This document shows positions 40,318 through 51,688 of a stretch of 64,000 nt of DNA, piece by piece. The stretch lies in sequence record MK234886. One strand, 5' to 3'. The position numbers and the translations under genes are program-made. Every line of letters starts with the position of its first letter. Position 1 is the stretch's first letter. Source of the stretch: Escherichia phage AnYang. The notes beneath the pieces are model-generated. The model was not told the origin of the DNA and ran no database searches. It saw only the letters and a list, made by a program, of their open reading frames with translations.

Positions 40318-40805
40318 TTGGTAATAATCTCGATGATGTCATCACGTGACAGGGAATTAATAAGAACTGTTTTAGGATTTTCACACTGAATTTTATATGT
40401 TTCAAACATAAAACAGAGTTCTTCAGCGGTATGGTAAGGACTTGAAATACCAAGGCGATTAAACTTGTCGCTTAATGGGTCACAAATCAAATAGAAAGTG
40501 ATGCCTGAGATTTTAACATTAGGTTGGCTAATATTAATGAACACCTCGGCATCGTACTTGGAAAGGTTATTTTGGAGAAACTCAACCATAGAGTTGACAG
40601 CTTCAGGCATAGCCTCGCGCTTTTCTTCCGCATAACGGGTAGAGTATTCTTTTTGCTTGATTTTCTTTTTAGCATTTTTAGCTAAAGTAACACGAAGATC
40701 GGTCAGGTAACCTACTGCACGAGAACCTTTAAAAACTTGGATACCGTCAGTAGAGTCACCAAAAGCCTTAACAACCATTTCGTTAGTAATCATCTGCATA
40801 TTCAT
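40305..40805 (-). CDS. alc: Alc-like protein (inhibitor of host transcription on cytosine-containing DNA)
   Basis: About 166 aa ORF between the spanins and rnlA, as T4 alc; start set at MNMQMITNE (RBS GAGGAG); assigned by synteny and size. Confidence 0.65.
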   Translation of the reverse strand: MNMQMITNEMVVKAFGDSTDGIQVFKGSRAVGYLTDLRVTLAKNAKKKIKQKEYSTRYAEEKREAMPEAVNSMVEFLQNNLSKYDAEVFINISQPNVKISGITFYLICDPLSDKFNRLGISSPYHTAEELCFMFETYKIQCENPKTVLINSLSRDDIIEIITKCLN

Positions 40806-40829
40806 TTGTTTTCTCCTCATTAGTTGGTA

Positions 40830-40862
40830 AGTCTATACTAACACATCATGAGGAGATGTAAA
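40830..40862 (-). promoter_or_regulatory. T4-type early promoter upstream of alc
   Basis: Minus strand: GTTTACA, spacer, TGtTAGTATAG, then TTACCAACTAATGAGGAG and the ATG. Confidence 0.5.
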
Positions 40863-42011
40863 CTACTCTACCACAATTTCTTTCAAATATTTTTCAGGGA
40901 TTTGGGCTTTATGGTTTTTCAAGAACACAGAGTTAATCTGGTCTACAACCGTATCATAATTAATACCACCCACGTACGCCTGCATAAGAATAGAGAACAA
41001 CCCTGGGAAATCCTTAAGGATTAGCTGTCCGGTAACGGCGTAGTCTTTACGGTCGCGGCCTTTGAGTTGAGAGTAAGCTGCTTCCAACAAAGCCAATGAT
41101 TGTTCTAGGTAATCTAAATGGGTACGTTCAAAGGCATCGATTTTCTCAATAGCAAACGAATCTGTACTGAACAGACCACGAAGGTCATCAGTTCCACCTG
41201 CCACTACAACTTCAAACAACCGTTCGTTATTGTTAATGGAATCTTTGGTATGATGTAGTGCACTGTACCAGGCGGTTTTGAGTTTAAAGAACGTACCATC
41301 TTTCAGTACAAAGATGAAACCTTCAATACCCTCTTGTTTACGGATGTTTTCTACGAAATCACCCTCAGCGAGCTCATAGCTTTCAACCAAATGCTTACGC
41401 AGCGCGCCGTCCTTAAACAATTCAGCATACGGAATATACTCACCTGTTTCATTATTACGAACGTTCAACAGGATGAGGTTTGTTTCTTGGTAAGCCAGCA
41501 CGATACGGTTGGTAGGTGCAACATATTCAAGGTTGCAGGTATACCCAGCTTTGGTGATTTCTTCTAGACGTGCGGCAAAAGCCTCATTCTCAGGGAGACG
41601 AAGGAAACGTAAAGAATCATATACCATCGATGAATGGATAGAGCCTTTAGATTTAACAGAAAGATACTGACGGTCCATGAATGTAGAAATCAGAGAACCA
41701 TCTTCCTTAGCCATTACGAGGTCGATATTTTCTGGCGACAAATCCAGACCGATAGTCAGTGGGTTTTCGTCAAGGTTAAAGAACTTTTGCATAGGACGAG
41801 CAGCAATACGTACCGGACCGTTCTCGTCCATTTCAAACATAATGCCTCGGCACTCTAGTGCTCCGTCCTCCAACCAATCAGAGTATGATGCATAGTTATA
41901 ACTAAAGATGCGATAGTTGACTCCTAGCGCACTCTGAAAGTCTTTAAAGAAGAACTTAGATTTAGTCGAGTTTTTAACCAGGGCCATCAAGTTATCATAT
42001 AATTCAATCAT
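40863..42011 (-). CDS. rnlA: RNA ligase 1
   Basis: YRIFSYNYASYSDWL...ALECRGIMFEMD...KEDGSL (adenylation lysine)...FVAPTNRIVLAYQE matches T4 Rnl1. Confidence 0.93.
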   Translation of the reverse strand: MIELYDNLMALVKNSTKSKFFFKDFQSALGVNYRIFSYNYASYSDWLEDGALECRGIMFEMDENGPVRIAARPMQKFFNLDENPLTIGLDLSPENIDLVMAKEDGSLISTFMDRQYLSVKSKGSIHSSMVYDSLRFLRLPENEAFAARLEEITKAGYTCNLEYVAPTNRIVLAYQETNLILLNVRNNETGEYIPYAELFKDGALRKHLVESYELAEGDFVENIRKQEGIEGFIFVLKDGTFFKLKTAWYSALHHTKDSINNNERLFEVVVAGGTDDLRGLFSTDSFAIEKIDAFERTHLDYLEQSLALLEAAYSQLKGRDRKDYAVTGQLILKDFPGLFSILMQAYVGGINYDTVVDQINSVFLKNHKAQIPEKYLKEIVVE

Positions 42012-42015
42012 TGCT

Positions 42016-42429
42016 TTATCCTTTTAATCGGTGTTGGGTATTCCAAGGTGGATTAAATTTCTTTATGAACATTGGCTCTTCAAGAGACATGGTCTCAACT
42101 GACATAGTTCCAAGTTCGTTAGTCATCGACAGATTAAAGCACTGCCGTGCATAGAACTCTACCTTTTTACCTGCCATTAATGCTTCATGAATCAGAATGG
42201 ACTTAGTCGAATCCGACGTTTGGTCCTTACGATTAATAGCGGTTCGGTAGTAGTTGATGCGCTTACGAAGATTTTTAGTCTTCCCGATGTAGACTAGTAT
42301 ATCATCAACCGCTATAGCATATATGACATTTTGTTTATTTGGTGCTGTGAGTGGAGCAATGCTGGCGTCATCTTGGAGTTCTAGGGTGACGTACTTGATA
42401 AAGCTAAATTCGTCTGCGATTTCTTTCAT
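42016..42429 (-). CDS. denA: Endonuclease II (GIY-YIG-type nicking endonuclease)
   Basis: 137 aa (136 in T4); GIY-YIG-like core VIYAIAVDDILVYIGKT...YY; position between rnlA and nrdB. Confidence 0.85.
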   Translation of the reverse strand: MKEIADEFSFIKYVTLELQDDASIAPLTAPNKQNVIYAIAVDDILVYIGKTKNLRKRINYYRTAINRKDQTSDSTKSILIHEALMAGKKVEFYARQCFNLSMTNELGTMSVETMSLEEPMFIKKFNPPWNTQHRLKG

Positions 42430-42455
42430 AGCAATAAGGGGCCGAAGCCCCGTCC

Positions 42456-43634
42456 TTAAAAATATTTCTTGTATGATGTCATTACCTTTTCATCAACATC
42501 ATTATCAATTTGTGCTACAAGGTAAGAACTGATTTCCACTTCCTGAGGAGCAGCCTGTACAGCATCAGAGTTCAGGTATTCGCGAATCCAAGGATATGGA
42601 TGGCGGGTAGGAGCATCAGTAATAGGACATGGTAAGCCACACTGCTTCATACGAGAAACTGTCAGGTAATCGACAAAAGCACCCATGTTCTGAGTATTTA
42701 ATCCAGGGCAAGTGCCATCTTTGAACAGGTGAGCGGCCCATTCTTTTTCTTGGCGGTTAACTTCCATGAAAATATCAACTGCTTCTTGTTCACACTCTTG
42801 GGCAATTTTAACCCATTCGTCGCCATCAGTACCAAGTTGAAGCTGACGAATAATGTACTGGGTACCTTTAAGGTGGAGCTGTTCATCACGTGCAATGAAC
42901 TTCATAATCTTGGCATTACCTTCCATGATTTCCATGTTTTTATGGAAGTTAAAGGTACATGCGAAAGATACATAAAAACGAATAGCTTCCAATGCGTTGA
43001 TTACGTGCAGGCAGAGGTAAAGAGAACGCATCAGTTCACGTTTCCAATACATCTCATGCTCTATGGCATCTTCAATATCATCTTCGTCTGCGTTAATTTC
43101 TTTTTGGTACTCAATATCAGCTTTAGCATTCTGCCAATATCTAGTTTTCTTTAAAACATCGTCATAATAACGACCAATGGATTCGGCACGTTTCATGATG
43201 GCGTCATCTAACAGAATTTCATCAAATACCTTAGATGGGTCTGTATAGAGGTTACGCATTATATGGGTATACGAACGTGAGTGAATAGTCTCACTAAAGG
43301 TCCATGTAGCAACCCATGTATCAAGGCTAGGGTCAGAAATCAATGCTTGGAGAGCAGCAGAAGGAGCCCGTCCCTGGATACTATCCAGAAGTGATTGATA
43401 CTTCAGGTTATTGGTAAAAATATTTTGCTGGAATTGTGGAAGCTTATTAAACTGGGCAGCATCCATCATCAAGTTAACTTCTTCTGGTCGCCAGAAAAAA
43501 CTCAACTGCTTTTCACAAAGCTCTTCGAATACTTTATGGCGTTGGATATCATAACGAGCAATACCCAATCCTGAACCAAAGAACATCGGTTCGACTAAAA
43601 CATCAACTGGGGTGGTATTAAAAACTGTAGACAT
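42456..43634 (-). CDS. nrdB: Ribonucleotide reductase small subunit
   Basis: Near-identity to T4 NrdB (MSTVFNT..., FFWRPEEVNLMMDAAQFNKLP, iron-binding LCLHVINALEAIRFYVSFACTFNF); uninterrupted ORF; start at MSTVFNT, the ORF opens at 43664. Confidence 0.94.
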   Translation of the reverse strand: MSTVFNTTPVDVLVEPMFFGSGLGIARYDIQRHKVFEELCEKQLSFFWRPEEVNLMMDAAQFNKLPQFQQNIFTNNLKYQSLLDSIQGRAPSAALQALISDPSLDTWVATWTFSETIHSRSYTHIMRNLYTDPSKVFDEILLDDAIMKRAESIGRYYDDVLKKTRYWQNAKADIEYQKEINADEDDIEDAIEHEMYWKRELMRSLYLCLHVINALEAIRFYVSFACTFNFHKNMEIMEGNAKIMKFIARDEQLHLKGTQYIIRQLQLGTDGDEWVKIAQECEQEAVDIFMEVNRQEKEWAAHLFKDGTCPGLNTQNMGAFVDYLTVSRMKQCGLPCPITDAPTRHPYPWIREYLNSDAVQAAPQEVEISSYLVAQIDNDVDEKVMTSYKKYF

Positions 43635-43687
43635 ATTATTCTCATTTGTTAGTGACTCATCCATGAGTCAATTATAATCAGATTTTA

Positions 43688-45943
43688 TTAAAGCTTACAT
43701 GCTGCACAATCGTCGGCTTTAGGAGTTTCGATTTCGTAATCGTCAGTACCAGAACCATCACGGGTATTGTGATAATAGAGATTTTTTCCGCCATAATACC
43801 AGAAATATAGCAGGTCATCAAGCATTACAGACATCGGAACTTTTCCTTTTGGAAAAATCTGCGGGTCATAATAAGTGTTTGCTGATGCCGATTGACAAAC
43901 CCATTTCAACATAATCGCCACCTGCGTAAGATAAGGTTTATTACCTTTCTTAGCGAGGGTCCAAGCGTAATCGTAGAGCCCTTGATTATGTTCTACATTA
44001 GGAACTACCTGCCGGAAGTTACCTTCTTTAGATTCTTTAATACTTACTGGGCCACGCGGAGGTTCGATACCGTTTGTAGAGTTGGAAACCTGGCTGCTTG
44101 ATTCACACGGCATAAGTGCTGATAATGTGCTATTACGGATGCCATGTTTAGCCAAGTCTTCCCGCAACGACGTCCAGTCGCAAACATAGTTAGGGGCTGC
44201 GATTTGGTCAATCTTTTTATTGTACCAGTCGATAGGTAATTCGCCTCGAGACCATTTAGTGTCTGAATAATACTCGCAAGGTCCTTTTTCTTCGGCCAGC
44301 TTGATGGATGCTCGGATAAGTCCATATTGTAATCTCTCAAACAGTTCGTGAGTTAAATCGTTAGCGTCTTCATAAGAAGCAAAGTTGCTTGCCAACCAAG
44401 CAGCGTAGTTCGTAACACCTACACCCAGGTTACGACGTTTCTTAGCCTTAAGAGCTTCAGGAACAGGATAATCTTGGTAGTCCAACAGGTTATCAAGTGC
44501 ACGTACTTGTACTTCAGCCAGCTCATTGATTTTGTCTTGGTCTTGCCAATCGAAGTTATCCAGCACAAATGCAGACAACGTACACAATCCGATTTCAGCG
44601 TCCGGACTATTCACGTCAGTAGTCGGGATAGCAATTTCACAACACAAGTTGCTCTGGCGAATAGGAGCTTTCTCACGAATAAATGGTGTGAAGTTGTTAG
44701 TGTTATCAACGAACTGAGGATAAATTCGTGCAGTGCCTGAACGTTCAGTCATGAACAATTCAAAAAGGTCACGTGCTTTAATACGTTTCTTACGAATACT
44801 AGGGTCTTTTTCAGCAGCTTCATACAATTCACGGAAACGGTCTTGGTCTTCGAAATAAGAATGGTAAAGCTCACCACTCATTTCATGAGGACTAAACAGG
44901 GTAATGTAATCATTTTTGCCGAAACGTTCCATCATAAGGTCATTCAACTGGATTCCGTAGTCCATATGACGAATACGGTTCTCATCGACACCCTTGTTGT
45001 TTTTCAGAACGAGCAGATTCTCAACTTCCAAATGCCAAATAGGATAATAAGCAGTAGCAGCGCCGCCACGGATTCCACCTTGTGAACATGATTTAACAGC
45101 AGTCTGGAAATGTTTCCAGAATGGAATAACACCAGTATGTTTGACTTCGCCCATGCCAATACGAGAACCTTCAGCACGAATCATACCAACGTTGATACCA
45201 ATACCTGCACGTTTAGAAATGTATTCAATTATTGAGTTAGCAGTTTTGTTAATAGATTTCAGTGAGTCGCCTGCTTCAATAACCACACAAGAACTAAATT
45301 GACGGGTTGGTGTACGTGCTCCGGCCATAATAGGAGTAGGCAACGAAACCTGACGAGTACTTACAGCATCATAAAAACGGATAATATGCGCTAAACGATT
45401 ACCCGGCTCTTCTTGGTGCAACGCCATACCAATGCACATAATAGCGAACTGAGGAGTTTCGTAGATTTTACCGGTTGTTTTATCTTTAACCAAATATTTC
45501 TCTTTCAGCTGCATTGCGCCTGCATAGGTCAATTCAAAGTCACGTTCATGCTTGATATGAGATTCTAAGAAAGTAATTTCTTCTGCAGAATATCGAGACA
45601 GCAATTCGGGGTCATATTTACCTTCGTTAACACAATAGGAAATATGGTCGATAAAACTACGTGGTTCAAACTGGCCGTAAACTTCTTTACGCAGTGCAAA
45701 CATCAATTGCTTTGCAGCAACATATTGGTAATCAGGCTCTTCAACCGAAATAAGGTTGGCTGCTACCTTAACAGTCAGATTCTGGATATCTTTGGTAGTC
45801 ATACCATCACGAAGATGAGATTTGATTTCTTCGTATAATTCATAGGGGTCGATTTGGGTTCCTTCACAGCCCCAAGTCAGAACTTTAATAATTTTTTGTG
45901 CGTCAAAATCTTGGGATACACCACTACTTTTTTGTACTTGCAT
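43688..45943 (-). CDS. nrdA: Ribonucleotide reductase large subunit
   Basis: 751 aa (754 in T4); contains the class I RNR motif NLCCEI and a C-terminal CAACKL tail. Confidence 0.95.
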   Translation of the reverse strand: MQVQKSSGVSQDFDAQKIIKVLTWGCEGTQIDPYELYEEIKSHLRDGMTTKDIQNLTVKVAANLISVEEPDYQYVAAKQLMFALRKEVYGQFEPRSFIDHISYCVNEGKYDPELLSRYSAEEITFLESHIKHERDFELTYAGAMQLKEKYLVKDKTTGKIYETPQFAIMCIGMALHQEEPGNRLAHIIRFYDAVSTRQVSLPTPIMAGARTPTRQFSSCVVIEAGDSLKSINKTANSIIEYISKRAGIGINVGMIRAEGSRIGMGEVKHTGVIPFWKHFQTAVKSCSQGGIRGGAATAYYPIWHLEVENLLVLKNNKGVDENRIRHMDYGIQLNDLMMERFGKNDYITLFSPHEMSGELYHSYFEDQDRFRELYEAAEKDPSIRKKRIKARDLFELFMTERSGTARIYPQFVDNTNNFTPFIREKAPIRQSNLCCEIAIPTTDVNSPDAEIGLCTLSAFVLDNFDWQDQDKINELAEVQVRALDNLLDYQDYPVPEALKAKKRRNLGVGVTNYAAWLASNFASYEDANDLTHELFERLQYGLIRASIKLAEEKGPCEYYSDTKWSRGELPIDWYNKKIDQIAAPNYVCDWTSLREDLAKHGIRNSTLSALMPCESSSQVSNSTNGIEPPRGPVSIKESKEGNFRQVVPNVEHNQGLYDYAWTLAKKGNKPYLTQVAIMLKWVCQSASANTYYDPQIFPKGKVPMSVMLDDLLYFWYYGGKNLYYHNTRDGSGTDDYEIETPKADDCAACKL

Positions 45944-45989
45944 AATTTCCTCAATATGTTAGGTTCTATAATTATTCTATCATAGAACC

Positions 45990-46025
45990 TGTTAAGCATG
46001 GACTGATATTTATAGAATGAAATTC
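45990..46025 (-). promoter_or_regulatory. Possible T4 middle promoter (MotA box) upstream of nrdA
   Basis: Minus strand: TGCTTAA, 12 nt, TAGAAT; flanked by two inverted repeats; weak call. Confidence 0.3.
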
Positions 46026-46071
46026 AGTCCGACCATAATAACCAAAAACAGAGTACAGATTATTTGAATTT

Positions 46072-47760
<1,689 letters not shown>

Positions 47761-47783
47761 TTTATTCTCCTTAGTTGATAAGG

Positions 47784-47815
47784 CTATAGTATCACTACCA
47801 TAGCCTGGTGTAAAC
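47784..47815 (-). promoter_or_regulatory. T4-type early promoter upstream of the frd.1-like gene
   Basis: Minus strand: GTTTACA, spacer, TGaTACTATAG, then TTATCAACTAAGGAG and the ATG. Confidence 0.5.
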
Positions 47816-48043
47816 TTATTTTTGAATTAAGCCCATATAAAATTTAGCGTCTTCCGGGTGCATACCGTCACAATACTCGTCAGCCATAAAGCGGGTAAGG
47901 TCTTCAAGAGGACCTTGGACTTCAATTTGCATACTGCAGAATTGCGTATCTTTAATATAGGTCATAACTAAAGAAGGATAACGATTACGGATAACTTCGT
48001 AAGTGTATTCAAAATCAACGATATCAATATTAACCTTAGCCAT
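47816..48043 (-). CDS. Hypothetical protein, frd.2-like position
   Basis: 75 aa ORF with GAGG RBS and its own early promoter. Confidence 0.5.
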   Translation of the reverse strand: MAKVNIDIVDFEYTYEVIRNRYPSLVMTYIKDTQFCSMQIEVQGPLEDLTRFMADEYCDGMHPEDAKFYMGLIQK

Positions 48044-48071
48044 TTTATTTTCCTCATGTAGTTGATAGGTT

Positions 48072-48102
48072 CTATAGTATCATGTTTAAAGGCATTGTAA
48101 AC
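48072..48102 (-). promoter_or_regulatory. T4-type early promoter upstream of the frd.2-like gene
   Basis: Minus strand: GTTTACA, spacer, TGaTACTATAG, then TATCAACTACATGAGG and the ATG. Confidence 0.5.
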
Positions 48103-48110
48103 CATTAAAT

Positions 48111-48138
48111 GCCAAAAAGGGAAGACCGAAGTCTTCCC
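48111..48138 (-). terminator. Rho-independent terminator after gene 32
   Basis: GGGAAGAC-ttcg-GTCTTCCC hairpin followed by TTTTTGG on the minus strand, about 17 nt after the gp32 stop. Confidence 0.7.
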
Positions 48139-48154
48139 ATTATAAATCAATAAC

Positions 48155-49066
48155 TTATAGACCAGCTAACAGGTCGTCCAGACCATCGTCATCAGAAGGA
48201 CTTACTGACGGCTCAGGAGTAGTGGAACGAGCAGGTGTAGACGGTTTGGAATCATATGCATCAAGGTCTGCACTGAATGCGTCCAGGTCATCACCAATCT
48301 TATCAGCGGCTGCAGATGCGACAGCGGCAGCACCACCAAGAGCAGCTGTACCAACAACTTTCTTAAACTTAGCTTCGTTAGTTTCGAATGATTTGAACTC
48401 GAGCAGTTTAGAAAGGTCGTGCATTTCTTCCATCAATTTAGCTTGGTAAGCTTCATCATTGATGTTAGGAATTTCAGACTGACCCATGAATTTGGAATCG
48501 TCATAGTTCTTGAAGTCGCCAACTTTCTTAGATTTCAGTACGAAGTTCGCACCATCAAACGGACATGTTACGTCAACCGGCACTTCACCGATATCAGTAT
48601 CAACTTCAACCATCTGGTTGATTTTATCCATAATTTTCTGACCGAAACGGAATTTAAACACTTTACCTTCGTTAGCAGGCACTGCACTATCCTTAATAAC
48701 AAGGATGTTAGCCCAGAAGGAAGTTTTACGTTTCATCAGTTTGTATTCGGCATTATTAGTATTAAAGGTATCATTCTGGTTCATGTATTTACATACAGGA
48801 CATGAATCGAAATCACCATGAGTAGACGTACATGATTCGATATACCACTGACCATTTTTCTTAAAACCATGGTTAACAAGCTTAACGAATGGGGATGGAT
48901 TAGCTTCGTTTTTCGAAGGAAGGAATCGAATAACTGCGGTTCCTACGCCATTGTCATCTTTCAATTTCCATTCGGATTTGTCATCAGACGAGAAAGAAGA
49001 GCCACCTTTCATTGCAGACAGTTGAGCAGCAAGTTCAGCAGGATTACGGCGTTTAAACATAGACAT
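48155..49066 (-). CDS. 32: Single-stranded DNA-binding protein gp32
   Basis: Extensive identity to T4 gp32 ([21 protein letters not shown], zinc ligands in [25 protein letters not shown]); acidic C-terminal tail. Confidence 0.95.
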   Translation of the reverse strand: MSMFKRRNPAELAAQLSAMKGGSSFSSDDKSEWKLKDDNGVGTAVIRFLPSKNEANPSPFVKLVNHGFKKNGQWYIESCTSTHGDFDSCPVCKYMNQNDTFNTNNAEYKLMKRKTSFWANILVIKDSAVPANEGKVFKFRFGQKIMDKINQMVEVDTDIGEVPVDVTCPFDGANFVLKSKKVGDFKNYDDSKFMGQSEIPNINDEAYQAKLMEEMHDLSKLLEFKSFETNEAKFKKVVGTAALGGAAAVASAAADKIGDDLDAFSADLDAYDSKPSTPARSTTPEPSVSPSDDDGLDDLLAGL

Positions 49067-49135
49067 ATTATTTACCTTATTTGATATATTTAATAAATTT
49101 ATTAACAGTTGTTGTTATCACGTTTACCTTGATAA
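49067..49135 (-). promoter_or_regulatory. AU-rich 5' leader of gene 32, candidate translational autoregulation operator
   Basis: Long A/T-rich unstructured-looking stretch directly 5' of the gp32 start; T4 gp32 autoregulates through such a leader. Confidence 0.4.
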
Positions 49136-49164
49136 CTAGGTTTTGAAGATGAAGTAATTATATA

Positions 49165-49809
49165 TCACTTCGAATAAAGCATTTTTAACTTAATGAATTC
49201 AGGGTCATCATTAGGAACCCAACCCTCATTAAATTGTTTAATCATACTCTTTGATGTAGTTTCACTAACATTTATACCAGAGTTAATGAGACGCCTCCAT
49301 CCACAAGCTCTTCCACTAGAATTAATTATACAATAATTAGTATAAGCAATATCACTAAGCATCCAATCTAAAGGGTTTGCTCTAGAAGTTTTCCAAGGAC
49401 GGTAATCGGGTTGATTCATATAGTTAGCAGCTTTCATATGGGCTCTAACTTCAGGACGTTTGGCTGGGTGAGTGCATCCAAAGACTCCAAATCCGCCACC
49501 GGCATAAACCAAATTAAAATAATCATCATTATCTCTAGCTTGAACTTCCAATTGTTCTGAACGTTCAATATTAATAACAATATCAAATGGCGTTATAGCC
49601 AAAATTTCAACAATAGGTTTTTCTTCTTCGAGGGCCTCTTTAAATCTTGATTGCTCGCAAGAGGTCCAATACTCTTTACCTTTACAGTCAATAATCACGC
49701 CATTTTCAAAAGTACAATTAGTTTTAGAACCTATGTACGAAAACGGCTTAATATTATTAGCCTGACGATTAAGCCAAGTCATTTTATAAACTATATTCAA
49801 AATTGACAA
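49165..49809 (-). CDS. GIY-YIG homing endonuclease-like protein (Seg / I-TevI-like), between genes 59 and 32
   Basis: N-terminal GIY-YIG-like core (NIVYKMT...PFSYIGSKT) and I-TevI-like segments IERSEQLEVQ and FGCTHPAKRPEVRAHMKAA; T4 carries segG at this locus. Confidence 0.6.
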   Translation of the reverse strand: MSILNIVYKMTWLNRQANNIKPFSYIGSKTNCTFENGVIIDCKGKEYWTSCEQSRFKEALEEEKPIVEILAITPFDIVINIERSEQLEVQARDNDDYFNLVYAGGGFGVFGCTHPAKRPEVRAHMKAANYMNQPDYRPWKTSRANPLDWMLSDIAYTNYCIINSSGRACGWRRLINSGINVSETTSKSMIKQFNEGWVPNDDPEFIKLKMLYSK

Positions 49810-50450
49810 CTCTTAATAGTCTCAATGAATAATTTTCTTGCCTCTACAGCATCTATTATAAGAATTTTTTTGTAAGCATTTAATTTAGTCGAATACTTAG
49901 ACCACACTAAATCGTTAGTCTTTTCATCGTGCTTATCAATTATACCCATAAATGAATCAAGCAAAATAAACGTTTCGAATGAAATCACATTTGATTGAAG
50001 GAGCTTAAAAATATAGCTCGAGTTAACTTTTTTATTATAATCAAAAATTTCAGAAAGCGCTTGAACTTCCACTTTCTTACTAAAATAATAAATGTTTTTG
50101 ATATCATCCTCAAAAACTTGTTTTATTCTTTTAAGTCTACCGATATATTCTCGGTAAAAGACTAAGGCGTCAGCATCACTGATGTCGCCAATCCATGCGT
50201 CTTGGTTAGCCACCAAGTTACTCATGAAGATAAGAGCAAGCTCTTTCAAAGTGTATTTATCACTCAATTTCTCAAAGAAATATTTGTCACGACGTTTTTG
50301 ATAAGCCGTATCAGAGATTCGCATGACCCAGTTATATTTTATAACGTCGTATTTGGCATTGAAGTGATGTTTAAGTTGCAAATATAAAGAATACACGCTC
50401 TTACCATTCACCATACGATTGCTGTTTGGTGGCATACGAATCTTAATCAT
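49797..50450 (-). CDS. 59: gp59 helicase-loading protein
   Basis: 217 aa, near-identity to T4 gp59 (KYDVIKYNW, SDTAYQKRRDKYFF, LVANQDAWIGDISDADALVFYREYIGRLK). Confidence 0.94.
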   Translation of the reverse strand: MIKIRMPPNSNRMVNGKSVYSLYLQLKHHFNAKYDVIKYNWVMRISDTAYQKRRDKYFFEKLSDKYTLKELALIFMSNLVANQDAWIGDISDADALVFYREYIGRLKRIKQVFEDDIKNIYYFSKKVEVQALSEIFDYNKKVNSSYIFKLLQSNVISFETFILLDSFMGIIDKHDEKTNDLVWSKYSTKLNAYKKILIIDAVEARKLFIETIKSCQF

Positions 50451-51129
50451 GATATTTCCATCCGGTCCACTTATCGCTTTTTAATCTGTAACTAACCAAA
50501 CTATTAGATATTCCGAATTTGGAAGCCACTTCAGAACATGAATCATAACATATTCCATCGATAAGCAATTTCTTTTTGTATAAGTCTTTAAAAGATTGTG
50601 GCCTAGGTCCTGTATTTGCCTTAAGAAGAGCAGCTCTTGTACTATCAGGCATTTTAGGTCCTTTCTTACCTGCTCTGGATTTACTTAGAGCTTTTCGATG
50701 TGCATCGGTAAGATTAATACCTTTATTTGGTGAAGGTATATTTCTAAGTCTTCTTGTTATAGAAACTTTTTTACAAACACTATCAGGTCGTGGAATACCT
50801 AATTTAGATTTACTTATAGCAAGTTTATGTTCTTCAGATATTTTCTTACCAAGTCCACCTTTACCGCCAACAACCAAATTATAAGTATTCGGGTCTGAAA
50901 CAAATTCTTCGTTAACGAGTTCTCGCTCTTTATCAAAGGCCTCCTCTTGGGAATCCATAACAAAGAGAATTTCTTTTTCAAAATTCTCTATACCATGTTT
51001 TAATATAGCCTTCTTAATTAACTTACCTGAACCCATATAATGGTCATGGCGTTTGGTTTCTTTATGCACACCGATATAAATTTTACCATTCAATTTATTG
51101 GTTACTTTATATACGGTGTGTTTAATCAT
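50443..51129 (-). CDS. GIY-YIG homing endonuclease (Seg-like) with NUMOD3-type repeats, between genes 33 and 59
   Basis: Canonical GIY-YIG core VYKVTNKLNGKIYIGVHKETKRHDHYMGSG; repeats EEHKLAISKSKLG and DAHRKALSKSRAG; C-terminal HTH-like VASKFGISNSLVSYRLKS; no gene at this position in T4. Confidence 0.8.
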   Translation of the reverse strand: MIKHTVYKVTNKLNGKIYIGVHKETKRHDHYMGSGKLIKKAILKHGIENFEKEILFVMDSQEEAFDKERELVNEEFVSDPNTYNLVVGGKGGLGKKISEEHKLAISKSKLGIPRPDSVCKKVSITRRLRNIPSPNKGINLTDAHRKALSKSRAGKKGPKMPDSTRAALLKANTGPRPQSFKDLYKKKLLIDGICYDSCSEVASKFGISNSLVSYRLKSDKWTGWKYHD

Positions 51130-51428
51130 AACAAGAAATCCAGAGTATTAGTCTTTTGCGTTCTGGCCATTGAAGGTCGAAGCAAGTTATCATCAATGGC
51201 TTCGTTCATAATTTTATCAATAATTCCTGCAGGCAAATAACGAGCAAAGTTACCTTCAGGGATGCTGTTCTCTTCCAACCATGCGGTAGCCGCTTCGAGG
51301 TAACTACAACCTTCAGCCTCAACAAAGGCCTCAATATCAAGGCCATTCTGTTGTTTGTTTACCAATACATGGACGGGTTCGGAAGCGGTATTAACCGCTC
51401 CATCAAAATCATTCAAAGATTGTGTCAT
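51126..51428 (-). CDS. 33: gp33 late-transcription co-activator
   Basis: 100 aa acidic ORF between dsbA and gene 59, as T4 gene 33; assigned mainly by synteny and size. Confidence 0.75.
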   Translation of the reverse strand: MTQSLNDFDGAVNTASEPVHVLVNKQQNGLDIEAFVEAEGCSYLEAATAWLEENSIPEGNFARYLPAGIIDKIMNEAIDDNLLRPSMARTQKTNTLDFLL

Positions 51429-51687
51429 ACAGTTCTACCACTTCAGTTTTTTCGTCTTCGAAACGTTCACGAGTGCCTTTATGGTACAAGGAGAACAGCT
51501 GGTTAAACATTTTACCATCTACACCAAGTTCAGTCTTAGCACGGTCTTTGATATCTTTAATTTCGTCACCGTAAGCTTCCATTTTTAATTTAGTATCGGA
51601 AGCCGACTTAATCAGTTGTGCCAATGTGTTACCATGTTCTTCTTGATTGAATTCAACTTTCACTTTTTCTTTAGCCATTATATTCAC
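51409..51687 (-). CDS. dsbA: DsbA double-stranded DNA-binding protein
   Basis: 92 aa ORF between rnh and gene 33 (T4 DsbA about 89 aa); assigned by synteny and size. Confidence 0.75.
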   Translation of the reverse strand: MNIMAKEKVKVEFNQEEHGNTLAQLIKSASDTKLKMEAYGDEIKDIKDRAKTELGVDGKMFNQLFSLYHKGTRERFEDEKTEVVELYDTIFE

Positions 51688-51688
51688 C

